Assembly (NCBI RefSeq): GCF_009834535.1
Contig: NC_045698.1
Location: 1,428,001-1,492,000 of the forward strand
Length of the DNA: 64,000 bases
Origin: Camelus ferus
Lineage: Eukaryota
Reading direction: 5' to 3'
Under the pieces are notes generated by a model. It did not search any database and was not told the DNA's origin. It saw only the letters and a program-made list of their open reading frames with translations. The translations under genes were made by a program, and so were the position numbers. Below are positions 61,860-64,000 of this stretch, one piece after another. Position 1 is the first letter of the stretch; every line of letters starts with the position of its first letter.

Positions 61860-62730
61860 TATCACCATCATCACCATCATCACCATCATCACCATCATCA
61901 TCACCACCGTCACCACCATCATCACCACCACCACCACCATCACCACCATCATCATCACTATCACCACCATCACCACCATCACCACCATCATCATCACCAT
62001 AATCACCGTCACCATCATCAGCACCATCACTACCATCACCACCATCATCATCACCATCATCACCATCACCATCATCACCATCATCACCATCATCATCACC
62101 ATCATCACCATCACCACCATCATCACCATCACCACCATCATCACCATCACCACCATCACCACCATCACCACCATCATCATCACCATCATCACCATCACCA
62201 CCATCATCAGCACCATCATCACCACCATCACCACCATCACCACCATCATCATCACCATAATCACCGTCACCATCATCAGCACCATCACTACCATCACCAC
62301 CATCATCATCACCATCATCACCATCACCATCATCATCACCATCATCACCATCATCATCACCATCATCACCACCACCACCACCACCATCACCACCATCATC
62401 ATCACCATCACCACCATCATACCATCATCATCACCATCATCACCATCACCACCATCATCACCATCACCACCATCACCACCATCATCATCACCATCACCAC
62501 CATCGCCATCAACAGCAGCACCATAATCATGGTTATCATCACCATCACCATAATCATCACCATCATCACTATTAACATCATCATCATCACCACCACCATC
62601 ACCACCACCATTATCATTATCACCACCATCCTTATTACCACATCACCATGATCACCATCACCATGATCACCACCATCATCCTTATTATTATCATCACCAT
62701 CATTGTCATCATCACCAACACCACTGTCAT
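61860..62730. repeat. Large imperfect (CAT/CAC)n trinucleotide repeat, ~870 bp
   Basis: Directly visible; produces the poly-I/T, poly-S/P and poly-M/V ORFs. Confidence 0.97.
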
Positions 62731-63774
62731 TGTCTTTTGAGTGTCTCAAGTAAAGACAAACTAGGGCTCTGAGAACTAACAGAGTCTTCAGGGTCACACA
62801 ATTCATCCCCTAGGAGCTGATGGATGTGGCTCAGACCAGGATCAGTGATGCTCGAGACACATGCCTTTGTGTCATGGTGCCCAAGTGTCAAGGTGTCCTC
62901 TGTGAGTGGCAGGGTCTCTTCTGGGTGCTTTGATAAGAAAGTGAACATGTTCCAGAATGCTCTGTGGGACGAGCCTCTCTCAGACACTCACCTTCTTACT
63001 ATGCTTACTATCCATACCTCACCCAGCACCAGGTCAGCCCCGAGGAGGGGCAGAGCAGGAAGGTCTGGCCTGTGCCCGGTTGTTCTGCATCCTCACTTCT
63101 TCTTCAGAGCCTCTGGACTCTGAGATTGGGCTAGAATGTTATGAGGCAGTGGATGCAACAATTGTTTTGGGCATAAACACCCAGGAAACCAAATATCAGA
63201 AGCAAATGGAATATCTGGTCAACAAGAGAATGCTACCATGCCTACTTTTAACTTTTCTGTATATTCTTGAGCTCAAAGTTAAAACCAGGTATGAAATTTT
63301 ATACATATGTATATACATATGCATATATATTGAAAAGTGGCTATTTTCCATCCTTACTATTATTGTAATTTGTTTTACATTTTCTCATATCCTTTGATTA
63401 AATACTGGCTCAAATTTGTAAAGTTAGCCAGTTTTATTCAGCCATGACTCTAGGCTGGAAATCACTGTGATGACAAAAACATACAAATGATGACAATGAT
63501 GATATACACGTGGTATTCCCCTGGGCTGTGCTCTGACCCAGAGTGAGGGGGTCAGCTCATTAGCCTCTGAATATTATTATAGTGAACCCACTGCTAGCTT
63601 TCAGGAATTTCTCTCAAGTAGCCCATGGATTTTGTGAGCTCTACACAAAGTATGTTTTCTATGGGATTTTTGGTTTGATGTTAAAATGTTTTCCATTTTG
63701 CCTTTAATAATTCCTTACCTGCATGTGGCAGAAGAAATGAAACATGCTGGAAACCAACCTCCAGTTTATGAAGT

Positions 63775-64000
63775 CCTGATTCATGCCAAGACACAGATGA
63801 ACCTTGAAAACATTACACTGAGTGAAAAGAGCCAGACCTAAAAGGACAGATGCTGCACAATGCCAGTTATATGAAATGCCTAGAGTAGGGAAGTTCGTGG
63901 AGTTAGAGGTACAGCAGAGACCCCGGGCTCTGTGGAGGGGAGGGGGTGTCACTATTCAGGGGGTACAAAGCTTTTGTTCATGGTGATGAAACAGTTCTGG
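63775..64000 (+). mobile_element. L1MB-like 3' region, runs off the window
   Basis: 'gatgaaccttgaaaacattacactgagtgaaaagagccagac..atatgaaatgcctagagtaggg..ggtgatgaaacagttctgg'. Confidence 0.8.

Noticed and set aside
61735..62806. 263-aa poly-Ile/Thr and poly-Met/Val ORFs
   Set aside because: Stop-free frames of the (CAT/CAC)n repeat; no evidence of a gene.
1..64000. CRISPR array, operon or other prokaryotic/viral system
   Set aside because: The sequence is mammalian by repeat content; no repeat-spacer array, gene-dense segment or retroviral gag/pol/env was seen.

Overview
Mammalian, non-coding, repeat-rich genomic DNA that is GC/CpG-rich, as in subtelomeric sequence. The lineage-specific repeats point to a camelid (camel/alpaca/llama): a short tRNA-derived SINE and young L1 3' ends, with no Alu, Bov-A/BovB or PRE1 seen. 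I recognise no host protein-coding gene. The only ORFs resembling known proteins are LINE-1 ORF2 fragments; the other long ORFs come from high GC content or simple repeats. Contents: old and young L1 copies (three with 5'-inversion/twin-priming structure), L2, MIR, MLT1/MLT2 LTRs, an ERV1 MER41-like solo LTR with a perfect 4-bp TSD, MER2/Tigger1/MER5 DNA transposons, and large (TG/TA)n and (CAT/CAC)n repeats. There is also an orphan CpG island (~52.7-53.4 kb) and several AT-rich, homeodomain-motif-rich islands that look like developmental enhancers, densest at ~50-56.3 kb. I found no convincing novel gene system. The most notable signals are strong AT-to-GC conversion of ancient L1 sequence and the candidate enhancer cluster. 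Repeat subfamily names are from recalled consensus sequences and need RepeatMasker/Dfam confirmation; most boundaries are approximate.
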